From: a virus | Taxonomy: Duplodnaviria > Caudoviricetes | Strand: one strand, 5' to 3' | Virus record (IMG/VR): IMGVR_UViG_3300010163_000006 | Location: 1-64,000 of that record | Length of the DNA stretch: 64,000 nt | Part shown: one piece after another, positions 49,797 to 59,999 of the stretch | How the letters are laid out: each line of letters opens with the position of its first letter | Numbering within the stretch: the stretch's first letter is position 1 | The notes under the pieces: generated by a model | The model's database searches: none | What the model saw: only the letters and a program-made list of their open reading frames with translations | What the model was told of the DNA's origin: nothing | Program-made: the position numbers and the translations under genes

Positions 49797-50440
49797 TTTT
49801 TCAATTTCTCCTTTTCCGCTAATATATTAAAGCCCTCTGTTTGTAATTTGTATCTGATAACCATATCTGTTGGGGAATTGGGTACTTTGATATGTCCTTT
49901 GTAATCGGCATATATATCGACACCCATCGTTACTCTAACCACATCATATGCAATTGTAGATTGAAGGTTATACAATGCCGTCAGAGCTTCGTTGAGTTGA
50001 TACATGATAAATTCTTCAACAATTTCATGTGTCTTATTATATATTTCTTCCGATGACATTTCCGACAATTCTTCATGAGAAAATCTTTCAAACAATTTTG
50101 CTTTTGCCGCAGAAACATACATTTCTTCAAGTTGGTTCTGATTGCGCATCGCATCATGAAAGTGAAAGATTTTCTTTGAAAGAGTATCGAGGGCTTGTGC
50201 AACTGTGGTTATATTTGAAGGCATCGAGTATTTGTTATTTGTATAAATATCAAATAGAGAACGCAGTCTTTTAATTATTGATTTTGCATCAATAAAATCT
50301 TTATCAGACATCTCAGTCCCTGAAGTCAACAGTTGACCGAGATTATCACAATTCCTATCGATTTCATTAACCACGTTCTCGAATATTGATATGTCCTGTA
50401 ATTCCTTCTTTTTTACTAATCTGAGTCTATAACCGAACAT
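49793..50440 (-). CDS. Hypothetical helical protein
   Basis: Overlaps both neighbours (translational coupling). Confidence 0.65.
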   Translation of the reverse strand: MFGYRLRLVKKKELQDISIFENVVNEIDRNCDNLGQLLTSGTEMSDKDFIDAKSIIKRLRSLFDIYTNNKYSMPSNITTVAQALDTLSKKIFHFHDAMRNQNQLEEMYVSAAKAKLFERFSHEELSEMSSEEIYNKTHEIVEEFIMYQLNEALTALYNLQSTIAYDVVRVTMGVDIYADYKGHIKVPNSPTDMVIRYKLQTEGFNILAEKEKLKK

Positions 50441-51543
50441 AATGATGGTCCCTTTATATTATTAACAAGCGTGATGTTGTTAGAATTTTTGATAATGGAG
50501 TACTTATCTCCTGCAGTAAGTGGTTTATCCAATATCAGGATGAGTTTGTTGAACCGATGATATTTTACTGAATAAGGTGTTATTATATTAGCAGGTTCAA
50601 CGCGTATAGTACCTCGTTTTGTTAACGAATATGGTATGTCATTATCATATTCAACATCGACCCCGCAAACTGTCTTAGAATTATATATCCTAAGTTGCAT
50701 CAGTGGATTAGATGATGGATTAGTTATAACAAGAAGTGAACGGCTTGTAAGGGCATGCCTTCTGTCATCATTAATTGCTCCAACAGAAACCATTCCTTCA
50801 GCAATAGAACCAGGACTGATCAAAACCTTCTGATTTTTCCGGAAAGGTGCATCCTTCTGCTTTTTAATGACATCCTCGTACAAGACCCAATCATTAGTAA
50901 CATACTGGTTGTCATCGATTTTACCAACAGATCTTCGGTTTATCTTACTTATTTCGGTAATCGTTCCACGAACCTTACGATCTACTGCTCTTGATTGGAA
51001 CCCATATACAGATCGAGCTAATGCAATCATCGGTGAAACTTTCTCAAGATGATCAACCAACACCGGCATATCTACGAATGATGACAGATATGCTCTTTCC
51101 AGTGGATCTACCACATGTATGATTTTTCCACTGAATTGGTGAGATAAGTGCTCATTAAAACCTGAAGGTATGAGATGTGAATTGAAAATCACAATCACAT
51201 CATACTGAGCAAGTAGTTTTGTATTTACCCTGTACATACTTTCAGGTTCAGGATTACAAATTCGCGGGCTCCATGGATCAATCGGTTTAAACCCGTCAAC
51301 AATCTCTTCTATCATTATATCGGCATAAAACAGAACATTGTTAAGAGGTTCTTTCATCAATCCGATATAATCCTGACAACCATTGAGAACCAGTATCTTG
51401 GAGAATGGAGTTGTTTTAATAGCGGAATCGAGGGTATACTTTTCGATTTGTGTACCTGCTATACCACCAACAATTGTTTCGTGACTGCTACTATCAAAGA
51501 ACTGATCCAGATAGTCAATCATTTCATTTATTTCGTATATCAT
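50416..51543 (-). CDS. Degenerate (probably inactive) Dda/RecD-like SF1 helicase
   Basis: Motif order kept but catalytic residues lost: GGIAGTQIE, VIVIFNSHLI, IIHVVDPLE, ANIITPYSVKYHRF. Confidence 0.55.
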   Translation of the reverse strand: MIYEINEMIDYLDQFFDSSSHETIVGGIAGTQIEKYTLDSAIKTTPFSKILVLNGCQDYIGLMKEPLNNVLFYADIMIEEIVDGFKPIDPWSPRICNPEPESMYRVNTKLLAQYDVIVIFNSHLIPSGFNEHLSHQFSGKIIHVVDPLERAYLSSFVDMPVLVDHLEKVSPMIALARSVYGFQSRAVDRKVRGTITEISKINRRSVGKIDDNQYVTNDWVLYEDVIKKQKDAPFRKNQKVLISPGSIAEGMVSVGAINDDRRHALTSRSLLVITNPSSNPLMQLRIYNSKTVCGVDVEYDNDIPYSLTKRGTIRVEPANIITPYSVKYHRFNKLILILDKPLTAGDKYSIIKNSNNITLVNNIKGPSLCSVIDSD

Positions 51544-51609
51544 AAAATCCTCCATAAGATATAATACATGAGGGGAACGAATCCCCCTCATGTACCATTA
51601 TTAGATTGA

Positions 51610-52254
51610 TCAGCTGTTGAATACAGCATTCAATGAAATACCCGAAGAACCTGATACAGCATGTCTTTTGCTCGTTACAACGACTTCCCATCTGATTGTA
51701 TCAGAGGTTGTGCCGTAAACAGCAACGACTGCCATCTCGCCGTCAACCTTGTTTGATGAAGGATCTGCGAGCATGTCTTTGATGATCATCTCAGGTCTGA
51801 GATATACACCGTAGAGATTGGCAGCCGGACAGTACTTGAGATCCTGATTCATGATAATATCATTGAGACGCTCTCCATACAGGCCGAGCTGATAAAGTCT
51901 CTCAAGAGATTCTGTATTACTGAGGACATCCTTGGTTGACTCGGGATACATAAAGGGCTTCAATACATCCATAACATCGCCATTGAATTCGATGTCTGCC
52001 GCATTGGCCTCGAGTACGCGATCGAAGTAACCCTTAGGTCCACTCTTAACAACAATGTCCTCAGGATAGATTGCTGCTCTCATACGAACGTAGCAGATCT
52101 CCGGAAAAGGACCTGTCCAACGTGTGAAGTCATATGCAGCCAGGTCAAAGCCGAGCTGATCACGAAGATATCTGACAATGTCTGAACCAGAGATGACGAA
52201 TCTCTCAACAGGTACCTGCTTGATACCCGCCTTGTTTGAAACTGAATTTGCCAT
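51610..52254 (-). CDS. Hypothetical protein
   Basis: AGGAGG RBS; 214 aa. Confidence 0.7.
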   Translation of the reverse strand: MANSVSNKAGIKQVPVERFVISGSDIVRYLRDQLGFDLAAYDFTRWTGPFPEICYVRMRAAIYPEDIVVKSGPKGYFDRVLEANAADIEFNGDVMDVLKPFMYPESTKDVLSNTESLERLYQLGLYGERLNDIIMNQDLKYCPAANLYGVYLRPEMIIKDMLADPSSNKVDGEMAVVAVYGTTSDTIRWEVVVTSKRHAVSGSSGISLNAVFNS

Positions 52255-52272
52255 TGAAAATTCCTCCTATAA

Positions 52273-52620
52273 TTAATTTTGTATACAAATGTAAGCCGAC
52301 AGTACTTTTATTATTGACTGCTGACTTGCGTCCAATCTGTTTGGATATTCTGAGAAAATACCCATCGACAATTCGTAGATAATTCCATCAGGAATTTCTC
52401 CATCAACGAGATTGTTTTTCAGGATATCTTCATAATCCTCTTCTTCAAATGTCATTTCAACGAATGGCACATTGATAGAGTCGAATATCTTTCTCTTTGG
52501 TTTCATGATTTGAATCATTGCGTCAGTTGACTGCTTGTATCTGTCAGGGACCTCACTGAGTGCAACAGATTCAAATCCAACGTCTGTTGTCTTACTCTTA
52601 CAGAATTCGAGGAAGTTCAT
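52273..52620 (-). CDS. Hypothetical protein
   Basis: Starts immediately after the upstream stop (TAAATG). Confidence 0.65.
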   Translation of the reverse strand: MNFLEFCKSKTTDVGFESVALSEVPDRYKQSTDAMIQIMKPKRKIFDSINVPFVEMTFEEEDYEDILKNNLVDGEIPDGIIYELSMGIFSEYPNRLDASQQSIIKVLSAYICIQN

Positions 52621-53028
52621 TTATCCCCACGCTCCTCCTTGCGGTCTATTTGGCATTGAGGGCATTACACCCATGCCAGTCGCGGTACCATAACCAGGGT
52701 TGGTGAATCCTTCATAACCACCATAGTTGTTCATTCTGTTGTTCATGAAGAAACCGGATCCGTGACTGTTATAACCACCATACGTCGAATACGGATTCTG
52801 TGTTTGATATGGTCCAGAGTCTCCGTAACCGTAACCGTATGTCACCGGTTGTGCATAACCGCCACCCATCTGGGGTTGGTTGGGAACATTCCTTCTCGAA
52901 TCTCCCATGAACTGTCTTACATCGTTGATACCGGCTGTCACCGCACCAATGGTATTCTGGGCTGCATTAAGAGCAGCGTTCGCACCACTGAACAGCATGT
53001 CCATATCAAGTTTCTGATTGTCTGCCAT
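52621..53028 (-). CDS. G/Y/N/P-rich prion-like protein with N-terminal amphipathic helix and SRRN motif
   Basis: AAAGGAGG RBS; DSRRNVPNQ followed by GY-rich low complexity. Confidence 0.7.
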   Translation of the reverse strand: MADNQKLDMDMLFSGANAALNAAQNTIGAVTAGINDVRQFMGDSRRNVPNQPQMGGGYAQPVTYGYGYGDSGPYQTQNPYSTYGGYNSHGSGFFMNNRMNNYGGYEGFTNPGYGTATGMGVMPSMPNRPQGGAWG

Positions 53029-53145
53029 TTTAATTCCTCCTTTATCGTTTCCATGAAATGTATCGAACAATGATTCCTTATCTAAGGATCGCTCGATATA
53101 TTTCTACAATATGAGTACATATCGGTTCCCTCCTATCTATTTTTA

Positions 53146-53973
53146 TTACGTCGACACTGCCGTCGGTAATGGGCCGAATAACGGTCTTCCATCATTTGTA
53201 TAAAACATCGCAACAACACCATTATTGTCAGATTGTTGCTGTGGTGTTTGTCTAAGAATGGGATTATTCCAATTGAACATTGGAGTCCACTTCCTCGGCG
53301 GCGGTGGATATTGTTGTCTAACATTTTTCACACCACTCGCCATTTCTCCAAGCGTCCTATCAGCCCATTGTAACTCCTTTCCTGGATATGAATTTGGTCT
53401 GATGGGATTTGAATACATTTGTTGCTGTCGAACATTATTAATTGATGAATTTGTGTAATATGATCTCCAATAAGATCCATTACTATTATTCATGTTAGGA
53501 ACATTCATAATCGGTGCCATTGTGGGTATCATCGATGGATACTGCTGAACAGGAATATTGTTCAATGGAACCTGATACTGAATCTGGGGTATCGTCATGA
53601 ATCTTCTGGATGTGTTCTGTTCATATGCATTCATATTCGGTACCGGTGTGTCATAACCCATGTTCATTGTAGGGTATGCAAAATTAGGTGTCCAGAATCT
53701 TCTGCTCTCAGGAACAATGTGCTGCTGCACTGGGGGCATAGGTGCTACTGGATACTGGGGTGTCTGTGGTTGTACCGGAACATATACCGGTGTATTGTTA
53801 CAGTTGTTATTCACTGGCTGATTGTAATAAGGAAGGTTATTGTTGGCATTCGCAAATATCGGGTTGATCAGACCTGATTGATTTGCTTCTTTAGCTTTCA
53901 AAACCGCACTTATAACTTTGATTGCCGATAAACCAACAACAGTAGCAATTCTAATAACGCCAAAAACGTTCAT
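53146..53973 (-). CDS. N/Q/P-rich prion-like protein with hydrophobic N-terminus and SRRF motifs
   Basis: AAGGAGG RBS; MNVFGVIRIATVVGLSAIKVISAV; ESRRFW and TSRRFM. Confidence 0.7.
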   Translation of the reverse strand: MNVFGVIRIATVVGLSAIKVISAVLKAKEANQSGLINPIFANANNNLPYYNQPVNNNCNNTPVYVPVQPQTPQYPVAPMPPVQQHIVPESRRFWTPNFAYPTMNMGYDTPVPNMNAYEQNTSRRFMTIPQIQYQVPLNNIPVQQYPSMIPTMAPIMNVPNMNNSNGSYWRSYYTNSSINNVRQQQMYSNPIRPNSYPGKELQWADRTLGEMASGVKNVRQQYPPPPRKWTPMFNWNNPILRQTPQQQSDNNGVVAMFYTNDGRPLFGPLPTAVST

Positions 53974-54143
53974 AAAATTCCTCCTTAATACTATCATTGT
54001 TTACGACAGTTTGTGATGCGCGCATATCACAAATTGTTATTCGTATTTTATGGATATTCGTATGGTCTTTAAATTGGTATATCATACCTCCTTTACGTCA
54101 TAATTATATACGTATCTAAATTTATAATTATAGCTTCATCTCC

Positions 54144-54581
54144 TTACTCTTCGTCTGGTGGTAATTCATCAACGAACAGACGCGTTATTGTTGTTTCCGG
54201 ATTGGGTGTTTCTGTTAACTCCAACAAAGAATTCCCATGTTTGTCAATGGTGAGTGTGACATTTATATTTTCTCCTGATTCAAGAATGAAATCTATCAAT
54301 TCATCCGTACTTTTGTTGAAATGTATATCACACATTTTATCGAAGAACGTTGGTTCATCATAGATAAACGATTGGGCAATGTCCTCGGCTGCTTCATATG
54401 ACAATGCAAAGATATATGCGTTGTCCAAAGAAACATTCTTATTGGTTATCATCAACGCATCATCATCTTTGGGTATGGGTTCCTGGAGAAGTGACATCGC
54501 TGTTAGATATTCTTCGGAAAATAGCTCCACTTCTCTCAGAGCTGAACATCCTTTGGTTGCAACATATAATTTGTATTCCAT
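54144..54581 (-). CDS. Hypothetical acidic protein
   Basis: AAGGAGG RBS. Confidence 0.6.
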   Translation of the reverse strand: MEYKLYVATKGCSALREVELFSEEYLTAMSLLQEPIPKDDDALMITNKNVSLDNAYIFALSYEAAEDIAQSFIYDEPTFFDKMCDIHFNKSTDELIDFILESGENINVTLTIDKHGNSLLELTETPNPETTITRLFVDELPPDEE

Positions 54582-54683
54582 TAACATTCCTCCTTAATTT
54601 TAGGCATTGATATGCCCATCTTTCACTGTAAAAATATATTCATATAAAATAAAAAATATTGGAGGGCCACATGGCCCTCCCGT

Positions 54684-55484
54684 TTATTTCATAAGCGTTT
54701 TATACGATGTCTGTATCATTGAAGTCAGAGCTGGAAAATCTTCGGAATTATAACCGAGATAAAGCTGGGCAAACGTCCCTAATGAATCATGTTTGAAGAC
54801 ATTCAATACAGATATTCTTTTCCATTCATCTTTCATTTCATCAAGGAATTTCCATAACCAGCTTCTGTTATATGTGGAAACAACACACTGCATCTGGATA
54901 CCATCTTCATAATCAATCTTTTCTTCGTATATGTCTTGAAATGATCCGGTGTAACATTCAAGGTCAACAGTAATTCCATCATAACCTGTTTTTCTAAAGA
55001 TTTCTGTTCTTGAGAAATCATACGTTGTTTCGGTTTCGAAAGGATTAAATCCCATTCCTTTTCTGAATGAAGCTAAATTAAATCCACCATCATTCTTTTC
55101 TTCAATTAAGAAGATTTCAAGACTCTCCTTTATTTCATCAAGTCCTTGATATAATTCATGGACTCTCGATTTGTACATCGGTGGTGTTACGGTTCGAATG
55201 TAGTTGATTGCTTCAACCAATGATATCCTGATTAACACACATTTGTTACCAAGGTATTTTGACGATTGATGATATGTGCTACGACGCAGATATATGTGCT
55301 CCCACAGCAATCTATACAAGAAGTCCTGTGGATGATCTTTTGGATCATTCATATCAATCGTGATATCAACGAAGAATTTGTTTAGAAGAATATCGTTTGG
55401 AATATCTCTTTTCAGTAATCGTAAAATCATCTCTTTGTTGTATTCATCTATTGACGGAGCTATCTCAATGCTTTTGACTTTCAT
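54684..55484 (-). CDS. Hypothetical protein
   Basis: GGAGG RBS; terminator hairpin at about 54661-54680. Confidence 0.65.
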   Translation of the reverse strand: MKVKSIEIAPSIDEYNKEMILRLLKRDIPNDILLNKFFVDITIDMNDPKDHPQDFLYRLLWEHIYLRRSTYHQSSKYLGNKCVLIRISLVEAINYIRTVTPPMYKSRVHELYQGLDEIKESLEIFLIEEKNDGGFNLASFRKGMGFNPFETETTYDFSRTEIFRKTGYDGITVDLECYTGSFQDIYEEKIDYEDGIQMQCVVSTYNRSWLWKFLDEMKDEWKRISVLNVFKHDSLGTFAQLYLGYNSEDFPALTSMIQTSYKTLMK

Positions 55485-55556
55485 TATTATAAGACCTCCA
55501 TTTAATTAGTTTGAATATTAGTTCACTAAAGTTATTATATAGAAAGGATTGATATT

Positions 55557-57281
55557 ATGGGTACACAATATTTGCTTCCCGGTGTAGGAGCTCAAATGGA
55601 ATCTGGAGATTCAGCTTCTCCCGATCAGGCAGCTCCTTTACTTAGATATTATTCACCAAGATTATTCGGTGCACCTCCTCAATTAACGAATCAATGCGAT
55701 ATGAGAATAATGAGTTCTGATGGAACCAATCCCGGGCCCGTTGGCGACTTCTATCTGTCAAAGATTCTTCAAGATGCAAACATTGCAAATTTTGTTGTTG
55801 GTCGTGCCCGTTTCATAGGCGGTATGAGTTCATGGGCAAACATCATCAGAGAGTGTTATTATTATGGAAAAGCATTATCCAAATACAACATCTTCGGTAC
55901 AGAGGATGAATTAATAAACACTGATAGTATCCGTGACACTCTTACCCGTGAAGCATCAGTCGATGCATACAAAACAGCATATGGGACTCGAGATACAGAA
56001 TCAATGACTTTGACAAAAGACGTCGATAGCGATACTTCTATATTGGAGATTTCGGGCATCATACAAAATGAAAGTTTGTTAAGTTCATTTGGAAACCTTG
56101 GTAAAGCGGGTGCTGGTTTTGTTGCAGCTCTTAAAACATCATTATCTGTACAGCAGCCCTTTTACACTTTTGAAGCAGATTGGTCTACATATATAAACAA
56201 TGTTAAAATGATGATCAATACTGCTGTCATCATGTTAGGATTACAACATGCATGTGTAAGAATCGGTGATGATTATTTACCTATCGGCATGTATTATAAA
56301 GAATCAGCGGAAAAAGATGTTTGGGCAAACTATCGTTTTATAACACCAACATCCGGTCTTGGTGATGTAACTGAAATCGCTACGGAAAATGGTGATACTT
56401 CACAATACGTATCATTCATGATAGATCCAACTGCTGTATCAGAAAGTATAAGTAACAGCTTTGGTCAATCACAAATATACTCGTCGGTAATTAATGCAGG
56501 AGGATCAACAGGTGCTGAAATTGCATTTATAACAAACTCAACCGGTGGTTCCTCATCTGATATGACGATTAACTTAACAAAGAAATCCAAAGAAGCAGCC
56601 GAAGAAGTTTTGAAAAATCTTTCTTCAGGCAATGGTAGATTTACTGCTGCTATCGCATCATCAATGGCTCGTTCATTTGTTGGTGATCATACAATATACC
56701 CAGAAGTTTTCCAAAGTCACTCTGCCACAACATCGATGGCTGTAACTGTTCATTTGACATCTGCTGGGGGAGATGCTTATTCTTATTTAACAGATATTTT
56801 GGTTCCTTTATTCTTTATCTTTGGAATGGCTTTACCAATGCTATCAAACAATAATGCTTCTGCATATTCATATCCTCCGGTAATCCAATGTAATATTCCC
56901 GGATTATGGGGCACTCGTTTAGGCGCAATAGAATCATTGTCTATTTCGAAAAATCCGAGCGGAAAGGATGTGTCAATTAATGGATATCCATTACAGGTCG
57001 ATGTCACCATGAACATTAAAGATTTACAACATGTTCTACTGACATCTCCTATGGATAAACCGGCAGTATTCTTAAACAACCATACAATGTTTGACTATAT
57101 TGCTCAGATATCTGGTGTTGATAAATACAGAGTAAACGGAAGCATGAGAACCATTGCAAGATTGGCATTAACTGCATCTGCTTGTTCACCAGATAACATG
57201 TTACACAACATGGGCGATGCATTACTTAGCGACTGGCATTCATTTGTCAACAACAAAGTTTTCAAGTGGGATCGTCAATGA
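55557..57281 (+). CDS. Virion structural protein (baseplate/tube-like C-terminal domain, tentative)
   Basis: IYPEVF...MALP...YSYPP...GAIESLSISK...GYPLQVDVTMNIKDL pattern. Confidence 0.5.
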   Translation: MGTQYLLPGVGAQMESGDSASPDQAAPLLRYYSPRLFGAPPQLTNQCDMRIMSSDGTNPGPVGDFYLSKILQDANIANFVVGRARFIGGMSSWANIIRECYYYGKALSKYNIFGTEDELINTDSIRDTLTREASVDAYKTAYGTRDTESMTLTKDVDSDTSILEISGIIQNESLLSSFGNLGKAGAGFVAALKTSLSVQQPFYTFEADWSTYINNVKMMINTAVIMLGLQHACVRIGDDYLPIGMYYKESAEKDVWANYRFITPTSGLGDVTEIATENGDTSQYVSFMIDPTAVSESISNSFGQSQIYSSVINAGGSTGAEIAFITNSTGGSSSDMTINLTKKSKEAAEEVLKNLSSGNGRFTAAIASSMARSFVGDHTIYPEVFQSHSATTSMAVTVHLTSAGGDAYSYLTDILVPLFFIFGMALPMLSNNNASAYSYPPVIQCNIPGLWGTRLGAIESLSISKNPSGKDVSINGYPLQVDVTMNIKDLQHVLLTSPMDKPAVFLNNHTMFDYIAQISGVDKYRVNGSMRTIARLALTASACSPDNMLHNMGDALLSDWHSFVNNKVFKWDRQ

Positions 57282-57323
57282 CAAAAAATATATCGGTGGG
57301 GCAATCCCCACCGATATTATCAA

Positions 57324-57872
57324 TCATTCTATCTTACCAAAGAATCTGAGCATGTTGATGCTATACACTATTGGGTCAAATCTTTTCAACATTTCACACA
57401 ACGGTATTGCATCTTCCAATGGTATTGTAACTGAACCCTGTTTCGTATTGATTTTTATCCCTGGGAAACATGCATCTGTTTCATCGTGCCACACTGATGG
57501 ATATGCCGTCATTCCAACGGTTGACAATGCTTTCTCAGTTTGGAATCGTTCGAGAACCCTCGAGTCGATCTCGAATTCTATCTTGTTTACATTTGGAAAT
57601 ATTGTAAACAAGTTTTCCGAAACTAAGGTGATTGCTTTATCCAACAATGTGACGAATGAGTAGTATCTGTTACCCGGAATGAATATCCTTGGTTTATCAA
57701 ATCCCTCAGATATCGATATACCAAACGAAGGATTTATCGAATAACCACCATTTCTTTTTTCCTTGATGGTCTGATACGTTCCTTCTGATTCGAACATGTA
57801 CAGATATAATACCAGCATATTAGGATTGACAGATTCTTTAGATCCCCTGTAAAGCTGTGTATCAACTGTCAT
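57324..57872 (-). CDS. Hypothetical protein co-transcribed with RNAP beta-N
   Basis: Overlaps the exon 2 stop; 182 aa. Confidence 0.65.
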   Translation of the reverse strand: MTVDTQLYRGSKESVNPNMLVLYLYMFESEGTYQTIKEKRNGGYSINPSFGISISEGFDKPRIFIPGNRYYSFVTLLDKAITLVSENLFTIFPNVNKIEFEIDSRVLERFQTEKALSTVGMTAYPSVWHDETDACFPGIKINTKQGSVTIPLEDAIPLCEMLKRFDPIVYSINMLRFFGKIE

Positions 57873-58221
57873 CCTCGGTATTACCTCCTAATTCAGGAAT
57901 GGTATATTCAAAGTTAACATAAGCTGCAGCAACCAGTCTATCCAAGATTCTGTTATAGTCAACAATGTTGTCACAATCAAATGTTATCGCAGATTCAGGA
58001 AACTCTTGGCAGATGAAGTTAAACAAGTCATACTTGATATTGGGATATTTGTTGACATCAGCATCCGATAACATGTGTGGATCTGCCCATGGAGAAATCA
58101 TACCACTCTGCCCAACGTCCTTGGTCGATTCTAACAGATCGACATTACCGATCATTGACGGATGCAACTGTTTATGACCGAAATTGATCTTGTGTTTATC
58201 AACACGGCCAAGTGAGTTTGG
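57862..58221 (-). CDS. RNAP beta subunit N-terminal part, exon 2
   Basis: PNSLG...QLHPSMIGNVDLLESTKDVGQSG corresponds to beta region D (GPGGL...[21 protein letters not shown]). Confidence 0.88.
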   Translation of the reverse strand, partial: PNSLGRVDKHKINFGHKQLHPSMIGNVDLLESTKDVGQSGMISPWADPHMLSDADVNKYPNIKYDLFNFICQEFPESAITFDCDNIVDYNRILDRLVAAAYVNFEYTIPELGGNTEDDS

Positions 58222-58607
58222 CTCTTGTGTTCACATGGCTCGCAAATTCCATGCAGTTCTCTTATGAACTTCTTCAGGCTTTCCCTGAATGGACTGACTA
58301 TATCTTGACATGCTTATCATCTCGACAATCATGTACTTTTCGTTTCCACCATCATAAGCTTATGGCGTACTCCCTTCCGGGATAGTCGATGAGACCGTGG
58401 CTATAAATTCATTACAGTCACTTGCCTGCGGATCAAGAATTTATCTTTAACCTTTTTACCATACCGATAGACATTACTCTTCGCCATCATAATGTCACCA
58501 TCATGATTTGGTAGTTAAAGCTTTATCCAACGCCCAAATGAGTCGCCCGTCGTTTATCCAGCACGACGTTTTCCCGCATATATGAAAAGTTAGGCCGCTG
58601 TAAGTTG
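58222..58607 (-). mobile_element. Group I intron (386 nt, no ORF) in RNAP beta-N
   Basis: Exon ends GGU, intron ends G; P1 AGGU/GCCU; P ATGCGGGAA, Q GATCCGCAGGCAAG, R TCATCGACTA, S AAGATATAGTC; splicing restores RKG|PNSLG in frame. Confidence 0.92.
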
Positions 58608-59894
58608 ACCTTTCCTTGTGAAGCGTAGCTGTTGATAATAGTCCAGATCATTCGCAAAATCGGTAACATGAACAGTTCCAAGCTTATACATGTTCCTCAG
58701 TATGAGATCAGGGTGGAATTTGAGAAGAGGTTGAAGTTCTTTCATTTTGATGAGAATTCCGAACTTAAACATTCTTTTCAGTTTATCGGAAACATCCGCA
58801 GTCACGATTGTTGAAATTACCTCATTCAAACGAAGTCTCTTATTCTCATATGAATAGATATTAACATCCGTGAACTCCGTCTGGAGACAGTATCTCAACA
58901 ATGATACCATATTCCGTTTGTCGATTTCGGGTATTGGGAGTACCTGAGCAGAGATTGTGTCAAGCATTCTTGCAACATGCATTTCATGACATGCACCACG
59001 ATGTTCGATTATATTGTCATAATACGACAACTGATATACCCACCATCTTGGATTCGTGAGATCATCGAGTGTTGGTGGTTGATGTTTTCTGATGAGATGC
59101 ATCGCCATTACAAGGATAGATCTGACATAATCAAACTTTTCCAAACCCTTCTTATATCCCTTGATGTAGATATCCTTATCAGGTATTGGTTGGAAGTAAT
59201 CATATTCATCTTTGTCGTCCGAGATATGATCGCAAAATATGAGCAATGGAAAAACCCCAAGGTAACACAACGGCGCCGGTATGTGCATGAAGCACGAAAG
59301 TATCGGTTCCATGGTTGTGAAGATTTTGACCATACCTATTTTTGATGAGTACAGTTTTCCATCGATTGATGTCTCTGAAGCTTCCTCATACTTAATAACT
59401 ATCGGAAGCAAAGACTTCAACGTGATGCTATCTTTACCCGATGGATATAAGAGCTTATCGACAAGCTGATACTCCGAGTATAACACATTCTCAATCAGAT
59501 ACCTTCCATGATCGTCTTCGATCGGAACGTAGATCTTATTGTGAATCACATCTGTTTCAAGATTTTTGTTCTTGTCACGTGCCCCACAATAAATGTCGAA
59601 CTCGAGAATTCCAAGTCTCGAGTTACCTATAACCTTTGTGGATACCTTGTCACCTGTTTCGCGACGACGGTGTTGGATTTCCGCAGCCGCAGGATACGGA
59701 TTCCATTTCCAATTACCGACATGAATGAATGGCATCGTCGAATAATCATCGATCGGATTCATTCCCAAAACATTGATGATTTCAATATCTTGGATTGCTT
59801 TCTGGACGTATTTCCATAATGGTTGGTCAACGCCCAAATCCACTTGAATGTTACTCAGTGGATTGTGTGCCTGTCTGATGAAATAATCAATCAT
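58608..59894 (-). CDS. RNAP beta subunit N-terminal part, exon 1 (spliced product about 548 aa; likely non-virion RNAP)
   Basis: IYVPIEDDHGRYLIEN...YQL, ENKRLRLNE, FTRKG; early-type motif at 59953-59967. Confidence 0.85.
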
Positions 59895-59999
59895 TGCATT
59901 TCCTCCTGTTCTTTTAATCAGAGTATAGGACAGTTATCCTTTTACTCGCAAAAATAATGTGTATGTCAATTTAAAAATAATAATCATGAGGTGATATAA

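Noticed and set aside
53950-54087. Possible 44-aa ORF (MIYQFKDHT...) overlapping the start of the 53146-53973 gene
   Set aside because: AAAGGAGGT directly abuts the ATG, so spacing is too short; no other support
57862-58167. Independent 101-aa gene or RNAP pseudogene fragment
   Set aside because: It is exon 2 of RNAP beta-N; the frame is restored exactly by group I splicing
58528-58539. 12-mer CAACGCCCAAAT shared between the RNAP intron and exon 1 (~59828)
   Set aside because: Too short to distinguish from chance in 64 kb
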